A stretch of DNA of 64,000 nucleotides. Source: Auanema rhodensis. Lineage: Eukaryota; Animalia; Nematoda. The position numbers and the translations under genes are program-made. Location of the stretch: the NCBI GenBank assembly GCA_964057225.1, contig OZ059900.1, positions 23,126,001 through 23,190,000 on the forward strand, read 5' to 3'. Shown one piece after another: positions 12,300 through 27,300 of this stretch. The stretch's first letter is position 1. Each line of letters begins with the position of its first letter. The notes below the pieces were generated by a model, which searched no databases, was not told the origin of the DNA, and saw nothing but the letters and a program-made list of their open reading frames with translations.

Positions 12300-14950
12300 T
12301 AACACGCTGAAATTTGTTGCATTTGACGACTCATATGAACAAAAATCGATTTAATCAATATTAGCCATAAGGGGCGTGCCCTCAGAATATGCTAATTTCC
12401 TAAATTTTCTAACCCCTGTTTTTTTGTCGTGAAAGTGGAACTAGACGTTGTACGAACAGTTTTGAGCTAGGTTTCATTGACATTGCATGAGTTTGAACAC
12501 ATGAAATCGTAAGTCAAAACCTTGTTTACAGCGAAATTTCCAAAAACTGGTTTTCCAGCATAATAAAATATTTCTTATGGGAAATACTGTGTTTTTGTAT
12601 TTTTCTAGTGTTCAGCATGTAAAATGCTTCATTTTAGTATGTAACACGCTGAAATTCGTTGCATTTGACGACTCATATGAACAAAAATCGATTTAATCAA
12701 TATTAGCCATAAGGGGCGTGCCCTCAGAATATGCTAATTTCCTTAATTTTCTAACCCCTGTTTTTTTGTCGTGAAAGTGGAATTAGACGTTGTAGGAACA
12801 ATTTTGAGCTAGGTTTCATTGACATTGCATGAGTTTGAACACATGAAATCGTAAGTCAAAACCTTGTTTACAGCGAAATTTCCAAAAACTGGTTTTCCAG
12901 CATAATAAAATATTTCTCATGGGAAATACTGTGTTTTTGTATTTTTCTAGTGTTCAGCATGTAAAATACTTCATTTTAGTATGTAACACGCTGAAATTCG
13001 TTGCATTTGACGACTCATATGAACAAAAATCGATTTAATCAATATTAGCCATAAGGGGCGTGCCCTCAGAATATGCTAATTTCCTAAATTTTCTAACCCC
13101 TGTTTTTTTGTCGTGAAAGTGGAACTAGACGTTGTACGAACAATTTTGAGCTAGGTTTCATTGACATTGCATGAGTTTGAACATATGAAATCGTAAGTCA
13201 AAACCTTGTTTACAGCGAAATTTCCAAAAACTGGTTTTCCAGCATAATAAAATATTTCTTATGGGAAATACAGTGTTTTTGTATTTTTCTAGTGTTCAGC
13301 ATGTAAAATACTTCATTTTAGTATGTAACACGCTGAAATTTGTTGCATTTGACGACTCATATGAACAAAAATCGATTTAATCAATATTAGCCATAAGGGG
13401 CGTGCCCTCAGAATATGCTAATTTCCTAAATTTTCTAACCCCTGTTTTTTTGTCGTGAAAGTGGAACTAGACGTTGTACGAACAGTTTTGAGCTAGGTTT
13501 CATTGACATTGCATGAGTTTGAACACATGAAATCGTAAGTCAAAACCTTGTTTACAGCGAAATTTCCAAAAACTGGTTTTCCAGCATAATAAAATATTTC
13601 TTATGGGAAATACTGTGTTTTTGTATTTTTCTAGTGTTCAGCATGTAAAATGCTTTATTTTAGTATGTAACACGCTGAAATTCGTTGCATTTGACGACTC
13701 ATATGAACAAAAATCGATTTAATCAATATTAGCCATAAGGGGCGTGCCCTCAGAATATGCTAATTTCCTTAATTTTCTAACCCCTGTTTTTTTGTCGTGA
13801 AAGTGGAATTAGACGTTGTAGGAACAATTTTGAGCTAGGTTTCATTGACATTGCATGAGTTTGAACACATGAAATCGTAAGTCAAAACCTTGTTTACAGC
13901 GAAATTTCCAAAAACTGGTTTTCCAGCATAATAAAATATTTCTCATGGGAAATACTGTGTTTTTGTATTTTTCTAGTGTTCAGCATGTAAAATACTTCAT
14001 TTTAGTATGTAACACGCTGAAATTCGTTGCATTTGACGACTCATATGAACAAAAATCGATTTAATCAATATTAGCCATAAGGGGCGTGCCCTCAGAATAT
14101 GCTAATTTCCTAAATTTTCTAACCCCTGTTTTTTTGTCGTGAAAGTGGAACTAGACGTTGTACGAACAATTTTGAGCTAGGTTTCATTGACATTGCATGA
14201 GTTTGAACATATGAAATCGTAAGTCAAAACCTTGTTTACAGCGAAATTTCCAAAAACTGGTTTTCCAGCATAATAAAATATTTCTTATGGGAAATACAGT
14301 GTTTTTGTATTTTTCTAGTGTTCAGCATGTAAAATACTTCATTTTAGTATGTAACACGCTGAAATTTGTTGCATTTGACGACTCATATGAACAAAAATCG
14401 ATTTAATCAATATTAGCCATAAGGGGCGTGCCCTCAGAATATGCTAATTTCCTAAATTTTCTAACCCCTGTTTTTTTGTCGTGAAAGTGGAACTAGACGT
14501 TGTACGAACAGTTTTGAGCTAGGTTTCATTGACATTGCATGAGTTTGAACACATGAAATCGTAAGTCAAAACCTTGTTTACAGCGAAATTTCCAAAAACT
14601 GGTTTTCCAGCATAATAAAATATTTCTTATGGGAAATACTGTGTTTTTGTATTTTTCTAGTGTTCAGCATGTAAAATGCTTCATTTTAGTATGTAACACG
14701 CTGAAATTCGTTGCATTTGACGACTCATATGAACAAAAATCGATTTAATCAATATTAGCCATAAGGGGCGTGCCCTCAGAATATGCTAATTTCCTTAATT
14801 TTCTAACCCCTGTTTTTTTGTCGTGAAAGTGGAATTAGACGTTGTAGGAACAATTTTGAGCTAGGTTTCATTGACATTGCATGAGTTTGAACACATGAAA
14901 TCGTAAGTCAAAACCTTGTTTACAGCGAAATTTCCAAAAACTGGTTTTCC
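12300..14950. repeat. Local 3-monomer HOR, ~2.5-3 copies (period 1026 bp)
   Basis: aacaGtttt (~12459, ~13485, ~14511), ggaaTtagacgttgtaGg (~12783, ~13809, ~14835), aaatacAgtg (~13272, ~14298). Confidence 0.85.
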
Positions 14951-15599
14951 AGCATAATAAAATATTTCTCATGGGAAAAACTGTGTTTTTGTATTTTTCT
15001 AGTGTTCAGCTTGTAAAATGCTTCATTTTAGTATGTAACACGCTGAAATTTGTTGCATTTGACGACTCATATGAACAAAAATCGATTTAATCAATATTAG
15101 CCATAAGGGGCGTGCCCTCAGAATATGCTAATTTCCTTAATTTTCTAACCCCTGTTTTTTTGTCGTGAAAGTGGAACTAGACGTTGTACGAACAATTTTG
15201 AGCTAGGTTTCATTGACATTGCATGAGTTTGAACACATGAAATCGTAAGTCAAAACCTTGTTTACAGCGAAATTTCCAAAAACTGGTTTTCCAGCATAAT
15301 AAAGTATTTCTCATGGGAAATACTGTGTTTTTGTATTTTTCTAGTGTTCAGCATGTAAAATACTTCATTTTAGTATGTAACACGCTGAAATTCGTTGCAT
15401 TTGACGACTCATATGAACAAAAATCGATTTAATCAATATTAGCCATAAGGGGCGTGCCCTCAGAATATGCTAATTTCCTAAATTTTCTAACCCCTGTTTT
15501 TTTGTCGTGAAAGTGGAACTAGACGTTGTACGAACAATTTTGAGCTAGGTTTCATTGACATTGCATGAGTTTGAACACATGAAATCGTAAGTCAAAACC

Positions 15600-18500
15600 T
15601 TGTTTACAGCGAAATTTCCAAAAACTGGTTTTCCAGCATAATAAAATATTTCTCATGGGAAAAACTGTGTTTTTGTATTTTTCTAGTGTTCAGCTTGTAA
15701 AATGCTTTATTTTAGTATGTAACACGCTGAAATTTGTTGCATTTGACGACTCATATGAACAAAAATCGATTTAATCAATATTAGCCATAAGGGGCGTGCC
15801 CTCAGAATATGCTAATTTCCTTAATTTTCTAACCCCTGTTTTTTTGTCGTGAAAGTGGAACTAGACGTTGTACGAACAATTTTGAGCTAGGTTTCATTGA
15901 CATTGCATGAGTTTGAACATATGAAATCGTAAGTCAAAACCTTGTTTACAGCGAAATTTCCAAAAACTGGTTTTCCAGCATAATAAAATATTTCTTATGG
16001 GAAATACTGTGTTTTTGTATTTTTCTAGTGTTCAGCATGTAAAATACTTCATTTTAGTATGTAACACGCTGAAATTCGTTGCATTTGACGACTCATATGA
16101 ACAAAAATCGATTTAATCAATATTAGCCATAAGGGGCGTGCCCTCAGAATATGCTAATTTCCTAAATTTTCTAACCCCTGTTTTTTTGTCGTGAAAGTGG
16201 AACTAGACGTTGTACGAACAGTTTTGAGCTAGGTTTCATTGACATTGCATGAGTTTGAACACATGAAATCGTAAGTCAAAACCTTGTTTACAGCGAAATT
16301 TCCAAAAACTGGTTTTCCAGCATAATAAAATATTTCTTATGGGAAATACTGTGTTTTTGTATTTTTCTAGTGTTCAGCATGTAAAATGCTTCATTTTAGT
16401 ATGTAACACGCTGAAATTCGTTGCATTTGACGACTCATATGAACAAAAATCGATTTAATCAATATTAGCCATAAGGGGCGTGCCCTCAGAATATGCTAAT
16501 TTCCTTAATTTTCTAACCCCTGTTTTTTTGTCGTAAAAGTGGAACTAGACGTTGTACAAACAATTTTGAGCTAGGTTTCATTGACATTGCATGAGTTTGA
16601 ACACATGAAATCGTAAGTCAAAACCTTGTTTACAGCGAAATTTCCAAAAACTGGTTTTCCAGCATAATAAAATATTTCTTATGGGAAATACTGTGTTTTT
16701 GTATTTTTCTAGTGTTCAGCATGTAAAATACTTCATTTTAGTATGTAACACGCTGAAATTCGTTGCATTTGACGACTCATATGAACAAAAATCGATTTAA
16801 TCAATATTAGCCATAAGGGGCGTGCCCTCAGAATATGCTAATTTCCTAAATTTTCTAACCCCTGTTTTTTTGTCGTGAAAGTGGAACTAGACGTTGTACG
16901 AACAGTTTTGAGCCAGGTTTCATTGACATTGCATGAGTTTGAACACATGAAATCGTAAGTCAAAACCTTGTTTACAGCGAAATTTCCAAAAACTGGTTTT
17001 CCAGCATAATAAAATATTTCTCATGGGAAATACTGTGTTTTTGTATTTTTCTAGTGTTCAGCATGTAAAATGCTTCATTTTAGTATGTAACACGCTGAAA
17101 TTCGTTGCATTTGACGACTCATATGAACAAAAATCGATTTAATCAATATTAGCCATAAGGGTCGTGCTCTCAGAATATGCTAATTTCCTTAATTTTCTAA
17201 CCCCTGTTTTTTTGTCGTGAAAGTGGAACTAGACGTTGTAGGAACAGTTTTGAGCTAGGTTTCATTGACATTGCATGAGTTTGAACACATGAAATCGTAA
17301 GTCAAAACCTTGTTTACAGCGAAATTTCCAAAAAGTGGTTTTCCAGCATAATAAAATATTTCTCATGGGAAATACTGTGTTTTTGTATTTTTCTAGTGTT
17401 CAGCATGTAAAATGCTTCATTTTAGTATGTAACAGGCTGAAATTCGTTGCATTTGACGACTCATATGAACAAAAATCGATTTAATCAATATTAGCCATAA
17501 GGGGCGTGCCCTCAGAATATGCTAATTTCCTTAATTTTCTAACCCCTGTTTTTTGTCGTGAAAGTGGAACTAGACGTTGTAGGAACAATTTTGAGCTAGG
17601 TTTCATTGACATTGCATGAGTTTGAACACATGAAATCGTAAGTCAAAACCTTGTTTACAGCGAAATTTCCAAAAACTGGTTTTCCAGCATAATAAAATAT
17701 TTCTCATGGGAAATACTGTGTTTTTGTATTTTTCTAGTGTTCAGCATGTAAAATACTTCATTTTAGTATGTAACACGCTAAAATTCGTTGCATTTGACGA
17801 CTCATATGAACAAAAATCGATTTAATCAATATTAGCCATAAGGGGCGTGCCCTCAGAATATGCTAATTTCCTAAATTTTCTAACCCCTGTTTTTTTGTCG
17901 TGAAAGTGGAACTAGACGTTGTACGAACAATTTTGAGCTAGGTTTCATTGACATTGCATGAGTTTGAACACATGAAATCGTAAGTCATAACCTTGTTTAC
18001 AGCGAAATTTCCAAAAACTGGTTTTCCAGCATAATAAAATATTTCTCATGGGAAATACTGTGTTTTTGTATTTTTCTAGTGTTCAGCATGTAAAATACTT
18101 CATTTTAGTATGTAACACGCTGAAATTCGTTGCATTTGACGACTTATATGAACAAAAATCGATTTAATCAATATTAGCCATAAGGGGCGTGCCCTCAGAA
18201 TATGCTAATTTCCTAAATTTTCTAACCCCTGTTTTTTTGTCGTGAAAGTGGAACTAGACGTTGTACGAACAATTTTGAGCTAGGTTTCATTGACATTGCA
18301 TGAGTTTGAACACATGAAATCGTAAGTCAAAACCTTGTTTACAGCGAAAATTCCAAAAACTGGTTTCCAGCATAATAAAATATTTCTCATGGGAAATACT
18401 GTGTTTTTGTATTTTTCTAGTGTTCAGCATGTAAAATGCTTCATTTAAGTATGTAACACGATGAAATTCGTTGCATTTGACGACTCATATGAACAAAAAT

Positions 18501-21380
18501 CGATTTAATCAATATTAGCCATAAGGGGCGTGCCCTCAGAATATGCTAATTTCCTTAATTTTCTAACCCCTGTTTTTTTGTCGTAAAAGTGGAATTAGAC
18601 GTTGTAGGAACAATTTTGAGCTAGGTTTCATTGACATTGCATGAGTTTCAACACATGAAATCGTAAGTCAAAACCTTGTTTACAGCGAAATTTCCAAAAA
18701 CTGGTTTTCCAGCATAATAAAATATTTCTCATGGGAAAAACTGTGTTTTTGTATTTTTCTAGTGTTCAGCTTGTAAAATGCTTCATTTTAGTATGTAACA
18801 CGCTGAAATTTGTTGCATTTGACGACTCATATGAACAAAAATCGATTTAATCAATATTAGCCATAAGGGGCGTGCCCTCAGAATATGCTAATTTCCTTAA
18901 TTTTCTAACCCCTGTTTTTTTGTCGTGAAAGTGGAACTAGACGTTGTACGAACAATTTTGAGCTAGGTTTCATTGACATTGCATGAGTTTGAACATATGA
19001 AATCGTAAGTCAAAACCTTGTTTACAGCGAAATTTCCAAAAACTGGTTTTCCAGCATAATAAAATATTTCTTATGGGAAATACTGTGTTTTTGTATTTTT
19101 CTAGTGTTCAGCATGTAAAATACTTCATTTTAGTATGTAACACGCTGAAATTCGTTGCATTTGACGACTCATATGAACAAAAATCGATTTAATCAATATT
19201 AGCCATAAGGGGCGTGCCCTCAGAATATGCTAATTTCCTAAATTTTCTAACCCCTGTTTTTTTGTCGTGAAAGTGGAACTAGACGTTGTACGAACAGTTT
19301 TGAGCTAGGTTTCATTGACATTGCATGAGTTTGAACACATGAAATCGTAAGTCAAAACCTTGTTTACAGCGAAATTTCCAAAAACTGGTTTTCCAGCATA
19401 ATAAAATATTTCTTATGGGAAATACTGTGTTTTTGTATTTTTCTAGTGTTCAGCATGTAAAATACTTCATTTTAGTATGTAACACGCTGACATTCGTTGC
19501 ATTTGACGACTCATATGAACAAAAATCGATTTAATCAATATTAGCCATAAGGGGCGTGCCCTCAGAATATGCTAATTTCCTAAATTTTCTAACCCCTGTT
19601 TTTTTGTCGTGAAAGTGGAACTAGACGTTGTACGAACAGTTTTGAGCTAGGTTTCATTGACATTGCATGAGTTTGAACACATGAAATCGTAAGTCAAAAC
19701 CTTGTTTACAGCGAAATTTCCAAAAACTGGTTTTCCAGCATAATAAAATATTTCTTATGGGAAATACTGTGTTTTTGTATTTTTCTAGTGTTCAGCATGT
19801 AAAATACTTCATTTTAGTATGTAACACGCTGACATTCGTTGCATTTGACGACTCATATGAACAAAAATCGATTTAATCAATATTAGCCATAAGGGGCGTG
19901 CCCTCAGAATATGCTAATTTCCTAAATTTTCTAACCCCTGTTTTTTTGTCGTGAAAGTGGAACTAGACGTTGTACGAACAGTTTTGAGCTAGGTTTCATT
20001 GACATTGCATGAGTTTGAACACATGAAATCGTAAGTCAAAACCTTGTTTACAGCGAAAATTCCAAAAACTGGTTTTCCAGCATAATAAAATATTTCTTAT
20101 GGGAAATACTGTGTTTTTGTATTTTTCTAGTGTTCAGCATGTAAAATGCTTCATTTTAGTATGTAACACGCTGAAATTCGTTGCATTTGACGACTCATAT
20201 GAACAAAAATCGATTTAATCAATATTAGCCATAAGGGGCGTGCCCTCAGAATATGCTAATTTCCTTAATTTTCTAACCCCTGTTTTTTTGTCGTGAAAGT
20301 GGAACTAGACGTTGTACAAACAATTTTGAGCTAGGTTTCATTGACATTGCATGAGTTTGAACACATGAAATCGTAAGTCAAAACCTTGTTTACAGCGAAA
20401 TTTCCAAAAACTGGTTTTCCAGCATAATAAAATATTTCTTATGGGAAATACTGTGTTTTTGTATTTTTCTAGTGTTCAGCATGTAAAATACTTCATTTTA
20501 GTATGTAACACGCTGAAATTCGTTGCATTTGACGACTCATATGAACAAAAATCGATTTAATCAATATTAGCCATAAGGGGCGTGCCCTCAGAATATGCTA
20601 ATTTCCTAAATTTTCTAACCCCTGTTTTTTTGTCGTGAAAGTGGAACTAGACGTTGTACGAACAGTTTTGAGCCAGGTTTCTTTGACATTGCATGAGTTT
20701 GAACACATGAAATCGTAAGTCAAAACCTTGTTTACAGCGAAATTTCCAAAAACTGGTTTTCCAGCATAATAAAATATTTCTCATGGGAAATACTGTGTTT
20801 TTGTATTTTTCTAGTGTTCAGCATGTAAAATGCTTCATTTTAGTATGTAACACGCTGAAATTCGTTGCATTTGACGACTCATATGAACAAAAATCGATTT
20901 AATCAATATTAGCCATAAGGGTCGTGCCCTCAGAATATGCTAATTTCCTTAATTTTCTAACCCCTGTTTTTTTGTCGTGAAAGTGGAACTAGACGTTGTA
21001 GGAACAGTTTTGAGCTAGGTTTCATTGACATTGCATGAGTTTGAACACATGAAATCGTAAGTCAAAACCTTGTTTACAGCGAAATTTCCAAAAAGTGGTT
21101 TTCCAGCATAATAAAATATTTCTCATGGGAAATACTGTGTTTTTGTATTTTTCTAGTGTTCAGCATGTAAAATGCTTCATTTTAGTATGTAACAGGCTGA
21201 AATTCGTTGCATTTGACGACTCATATGAACAAAAATCGATTTAATCAATATTAGCCATAAGGGGCGTGCCCTCAGAATATGCTAATTTCCTTAATTTTCT
21301 AACCCCTGTTTTTTGTCGTGAAAGTGGAACTAGACGTTGTAGGAACAATTTTGAGCTAGGTTTCATTGACATTGCATGAG
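15600..21380. repeat. Duplicated block with offset of 9 monomers, becoming 11 after two extra monomers in the second copy
   Basis: The early marker gggaaaAac/cagcTtg recurs at about +3077 (~15663, ~18740). Later markers recur at +3760: agcCagg (~16914, ~20674), gggTcgtg (17162, 20922), aaaaGtgg (17335, 21095), aacaGgctg (17435, 21195). Two monomers carrying gctgaCattcg (19491, 19833) lie in between. Confidence 0.8.
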
Positions 21381-24300
21381 TTTGAACTCATGAAATCGTA
21401 AGTCAAAACCTTGTTTACAGCGAAAATTCCAAAAACTGGTTTCCAGCATAATAAAATATTTCTCATGGGAAATACTGTGTTTTTGTATTTTTCTAGTGTT
21501 CAGCATGTAAAATGCTTCATTTTAGTATGTAACACGCTGAAATTCGTTGCATTTGACGACTCATATGAACAAAAATCGATTTAATCAATATTAGCCATAA
21601 GGGGCGTGCCCTCAGAATATGCTAATTTCCTTAATTTTCTAACCCCTGTTTTTTTGTCGTGAAAGTGGAACTAGACGTTGTACGAACAATTTTGAGCTAG
21701 GTTTCATTGACATTGCATGAGTTTGAACTCATGAAATCGTAAGTCAAAACCTTGTTTACAGCGAAAATTCCAAAAACTGGTTTCCAGCATAATAAAATAT
21801 TTCTCATGGGAAATACTGTGTTTTTGTATTTTTCTAGTGTTCAGCATGTAAAATGCTTCATTTTAGTATGTAACACGCTGAAATTCGTTGCATTTGACGA
21901 CTCATATGAACAAAAATCGATTTAATCAATATTAGCCATAAGTGGCGTGCCCTCAGAATATGCTAATTTCCTTAATTTTCTAACCCCTGTTTTTTTGTCG
22001 TGAAAGTGGAACTAGACGTTGTACGAACAATTTTGAGCTAGGTTTCATTGACATTGCATGAGTTTGAACTCATGAAATCGTAAGTCAAAACTTTGTTTAC
22101 AGCGAAAATTCCAAAAACTGGTTTCCAGCATAATAAAATATTTCTCATGGGAAATACTGTGTTTTTGTATTTTTCTAGTGTTCAGCATGTAAAATGCTTC
22201 ATTTTAGTATGTAACACGCTGAAATTCGTTGCATTTGACGACTCATATGAACAAAAATCGATTTAATCAATATTAGCCATAAGGGGCGTGCCCTCAGAAT
22301 ATGCTAATTTCCTTAATTTTCTAACCCCTGTTTTTTTGTCGTGAAAGTGGAACTAGACGTTGTACGAACAATTTTGAGCTAGGTTTCATTGACATTGCAT
22401 GAGTTTGAACTCATGAAATCGTAAGTCAAAACCTTGTTTACAGCGAAAATTCCAAAAACTGGTTTCCAGCATAATAAAATATTTCTCATGGGAAATACTG
22501 TGTTTTTGTATTTTTCTAGTGTTCAGCATGTAAAATGCTTCATTTTAGTATGTAACACGCTGAAATTCGTTGCATTTGACGACTCATATGAACAAAAATC
22601 GATTTAATCAATATTAGCCATAAGTGGCGTGCCCTCAGAATATGCTAATTTCCTTAATTTTCTAACCCCTGTTTTTTTGTCGTTTAAGTGGAACTAGACG
22701 TTGTACGAACAATTTTGAGCTAGGTTTCATTAACATTGCATGAGTTTGAACTCATGAAATCGTAAGTCAAAACCTTGTTTACAGCGAAAATTCCAAAAAC
22801 TGGTTTTCCAGCATAATAAAATATTTCTCATGGGAAATACTGTGTTTTTGTATTTTTCTAGTGTTCAGCATGTAAAATGCCTCATTTTAGTATGTAACAC
22901 GCTGAAATTCGTTGCATTTGACGACTCATATGAACAAAAATCGATTTAATCAATATTAGCCATAAGGGGCGTGCCCTCAGAATATGCTAATTTCCTTAAT
23001 TTTCTAACCCCTGTTTTTTGTCGTGAAAGTGGAACTAGACGTTGTAGGAACAATTTTGAGCTAGGTTTCATTGACATTGCATGAGTTTGAACACATGAAA
23101 TCGTAAGTCAAAACCTTGTTTGCAGCGAAATTTCCAAAAACTGGTTTTCCAGCATAATAAAATATTTCTCATGGGAAATACTGTGTTTTTGTATTTTTCT
23201 AGTGTTCAGCATGTAAAATGCCTCATTTTAGTATGTAACACGCTGAAATTCTTTGCATTTGACGACTCATATGAACAAAAATCGATTTAATCAATATTAG
23301 CCATAAGGGGCGTGCCCTCAGAATATGCTAATTTCCTTAATTTTCTAACCCCTGTTTTTTTGTCGTGAAAGTGGAATTAGACGTTGTACGAACAATTTTG
23401 AGCTAGGTTTCATTGACATTGCATGAGTTTGAACACATGAAATCGTAAGTCAAAACCTTGTTTGCAGCGAAATTTCCAAAAACTGGTTTTCCAGCATAAT
23501 AAAATATTTCTCATGGGAAATACTGTGTTTTTGTATTTTTCTAGTGTTCAGCATGTAAAATGCTTCATTTTAGTATGTAACACGCTGAAATTCGTTGCAT
23601 TTGACGACTCATATGAACAAAAATCGATTTAATCAATATTAGCCATAAGGGGCGTGCCCTCAGAATATGCTAATTTCCTTAATTTTCTAACCCCTGTTTT
23701 TTTGTCGTAAAAGTGGAATTAGACGTTGTAGGAACAATTTTGAGCTAGGTTTCATTGACATTGCATGAGTTTCAACACATGAAATCGTAAGTCAAAACCT
23801 TGTTTACAGCGAAATTTCCAAAAACTGGTTTTCCAGCATAATAAAATATTTCTCATGGGAAATACTGTGTTTTTGTATTTTTCTAGTGTTCAGCATGTAA
23901 AATACTTCATTTTAGTATGTAACACGCTGAAATTCGTTGCATTTGACGACTCATATGAACAAAAATCGATTTAATCAATATTAGCCATAAGGGGCGTGCC
24001 CTCAGAATATGCTAATTTCCTTAATTTTCTAACCCCTGTTTTTTTGTCGTGAAAGTAGAACTAGACGTTGTACGAACAATTTTGAGCTAGGTTTCATTGA
24101 CATTGCATGAGTTTGAACTCATGAAATCGTAAGTCAAAACCTTGTTTACAGCGAAAATTCCAAAAACTGGTTTCCAGCATAATAAAATATTTCTCATGGG
24201 AAATACTGTGTTTTTGTATTTTTCTAGTGTTCAGCATGTAAAATGCTTCATTTTAGTATGTAACACGCTGAAATTCGTTGCATTTGACGACTCATATGAA

Positions 24301-27300
24301 CAAAAATCGATTTAATCAATATTAGCCATAAGGGGCGTGCCCTCAGAATATGCTAATTTCCTTAATTTTCTAACCCCTGTTTTTTTGTCGTGAAAGTGGA
24401 ACTAGACGTTGTACGAACAATTTTGAGCTAGGTTTCATTGACATTGCATGAGTTTGAACTCATGAAATCGTAAGTCAAAACCTTGTTTACAGCGAAAATT
24501 CCAAAAACTGGTTTCCAGCATAATAAAATATTTCTCATGGGAAATACTGTGTTTTTGTATTTTTCTAGTGTTCAGCATGTAAAATGCTTCATTTTAGTAT
24601 GTAACACGCTGAAATTCGTTGCATTTGACGACTCATATGAACAAAAATCGATTTAATCAATATTAGCCATAAGTGGCGTGCCCTCAGAATATGCTAATTT
24701 CCTTAATTTTCTAACCCCTGTTTTTTTGTCGTGAAAGTGGAACTAGACGTTGTACGAACAATTTTGAGCTAGGTTTCATTAACATTGCATGAGTTTGAAC
24801 TCATGAAATCGTAAGTCAAAACCTTGTTTACAGCGAAAATTCCAAAAACTGGTTTTCCAGCATAATAAAATATTTCTCATGGGAAATACTGTGTTTTTGT
24901 ATTTTTCTAGTGTTCAGCATGTAAAATGCCTCATTTTAGTATGTAACACGCTGAAATTCGTTGCATTTGACGACTCATATGAACAAAAATCGATTTAATC
25001 AATATTAGCCATAAGGGGCGTGCCCTCAGAATATGCTAATTTCCTTAATTTTCTAACCCCTGTTTTTTTGTCGTGAAAGTGGAACTAGACGTTGTACAAA
25101 CAATTTTGAGCTAGATTTCATTAACATTGCATGAGTTTGAACACATGAAATCGTAAGCCAAACCTTGTTTACAGCGAAATTTCCAAAAACTGGTTTTCCA
25201 GCATAATAAAATATTTCTCATGGGAAATACTGTGTTTTTGTATTTTTCTAGTGTTCAGCATGTAAAATGCCTCATTTTAGTATGTAACACGCTGAAATTC
25301 GTTGCATTTGACGACTCATATGAACAAAAATCGATTTAATCAATATTAGCCATAAGGGGCGTGCCCTCAGAATATGCTAATTTCCTTAATTTTCTAACCC
25401 CTGTTTTTTTGTCGTGAAAGTGGAATTAGACGTTGTACGAACAATTTTGAGCTAGGTTTCATTGACATTGCATGAGTTTGAACACATGAAATCGTAAGTC
25501 AAAACCTTGTTTGCAGCGAAATTTCCAAAAACTGGTTTTCCAGCATAATAAAATATTTCTCATGGGAAATACTGTGTTTTTGTATTTTTCTAGTGTTCAG
25601 CATGTAAAATGCTTCATTTTAGTATGTAACACGCTGAAATTCGTTGCATTTGACGACTCATATGAACAAAAATCGATTTAATCAATATTAGCCATAAGGG
25701 GCGTGCCCTCAGAATATGCTAATTTCCTTAATTTTCTAACCCCTGTTTTTTTGTCGTGAAAGTGGAACTAGACGTTGTACAAACAATTTTGAGCTAGATT
25801 TCATTAACATTGCATGAGTTTGAACACATGAAATCGTAAGTCAAAACCTTGTTTACAGCGAAATTTCCAAAAACTGGTTTTCCAGCATAATAAAATATTT
25901 CTCATGGGAAATACTGTGTTTTTGTATTTTTCTAGTGTTCAGCATGTAAAATGCCTCATTTTAGTATGTAACACGCTGAAATTCGTTGCATTTGACGACT
26001 CATATGAACAAAAATCGATTTAATCAATATTAGCCATAAGGGGCGTGCCCTCAGAATATGCTAATTTCCTTAATTTTCTAACCCCTGTTTTTTTGTCGTG
26101 AAAGTGGAATTAGACGTTGTACGAACAATTTTGAGCTAGGTTTCATTGACATTGCATGAGTTTGAACACATGAAATCGTAAGTCAAAACCTTGTTTGCAG
26201 CGAAATTTCCAAAAACTGGTTTTCCAGCATAATAAAATATTTCTCATGGGAAATACTGTGTTTTTGTATTTTTCTAGTGTTCAGCATGTAAAATGCTTCA
26301 TTTTAGTATGTAACACGCTGAAATTCGTTGCATTTGACGACTCATATGAACAAAAATCGATTTAATCAATATTAGCCATAAGGGGCGTGCCCTCAGAATA
26401 TGCTAATTTCCTTAATTTTCTAACCCCTGTTTTTTTGTCGTAAAAGTGGAATTAGACGTTGTAGGAACAATTTTGAGCTAGGTTTCATTGACATTGCATG
26501 AGTTTCAACACATGAAATCGTAAGTCAAAACCTTGTTTACAGCGAAATTTCCAAAAACTGGTTTTCCAGCATAATAAAATATTTCTCATGGGAAATACTG
26601 TGTTTTTGTATTTTTCTAGTGTTCAGCATGTAAAATACTTCATTTTAGTATGTAACACGCTGAAATTCGTTGCATTTGACGACTCATATGAACAAAAATC
26701 GATTTAATCAATATTAGCCATAAGGGGCGTGCCCTCAGAATATGCTAATTTCCTTAATTTTCTAACCCCTGTTTTTTTGTCGTGAAAGTGGAACTAGACG
26801 TTGTACGAACAATTTTGAGCTAGGTTTCATTGACATTGCATGAGTTTGAACTCATGAAATCGTAAGTCAAAACCTTGTTTACAGCGAAAATTCCAAAAAC
26901 TGGTTTCCAGCATAATAAAATATTTCTCATGGGAAATACTGTGTTTTTGTATTTTTCTAGTGTTCAGCATGTAAAATGCTTCATTTTAGTATGTAACACG
27001 CTGAAATTCGTTGCATTTGACGACTCATATGAACAAAAATCGATTTAATCAATATTAGCCATAAGGGGCGTGCCCTCAGAATATGCTAATTTCCTTAATT
27101 TTCTAACCCCTGTTTTTTTGTCGTGAAAGTGGAACTAGACGTTGTACGAACAATTTTGAGCTAGGTTTCATTGACATTGCATGAGTTTGAACTCATGAAA
27201 TCGTAAGTCAAAACCTTGTTTACAGCGAAAATTCCAAAAACTGGTTTCCAGCATAATAAAATATTTCTCATGGGAAATACTGTGTTTTTGTATTTTTCTA

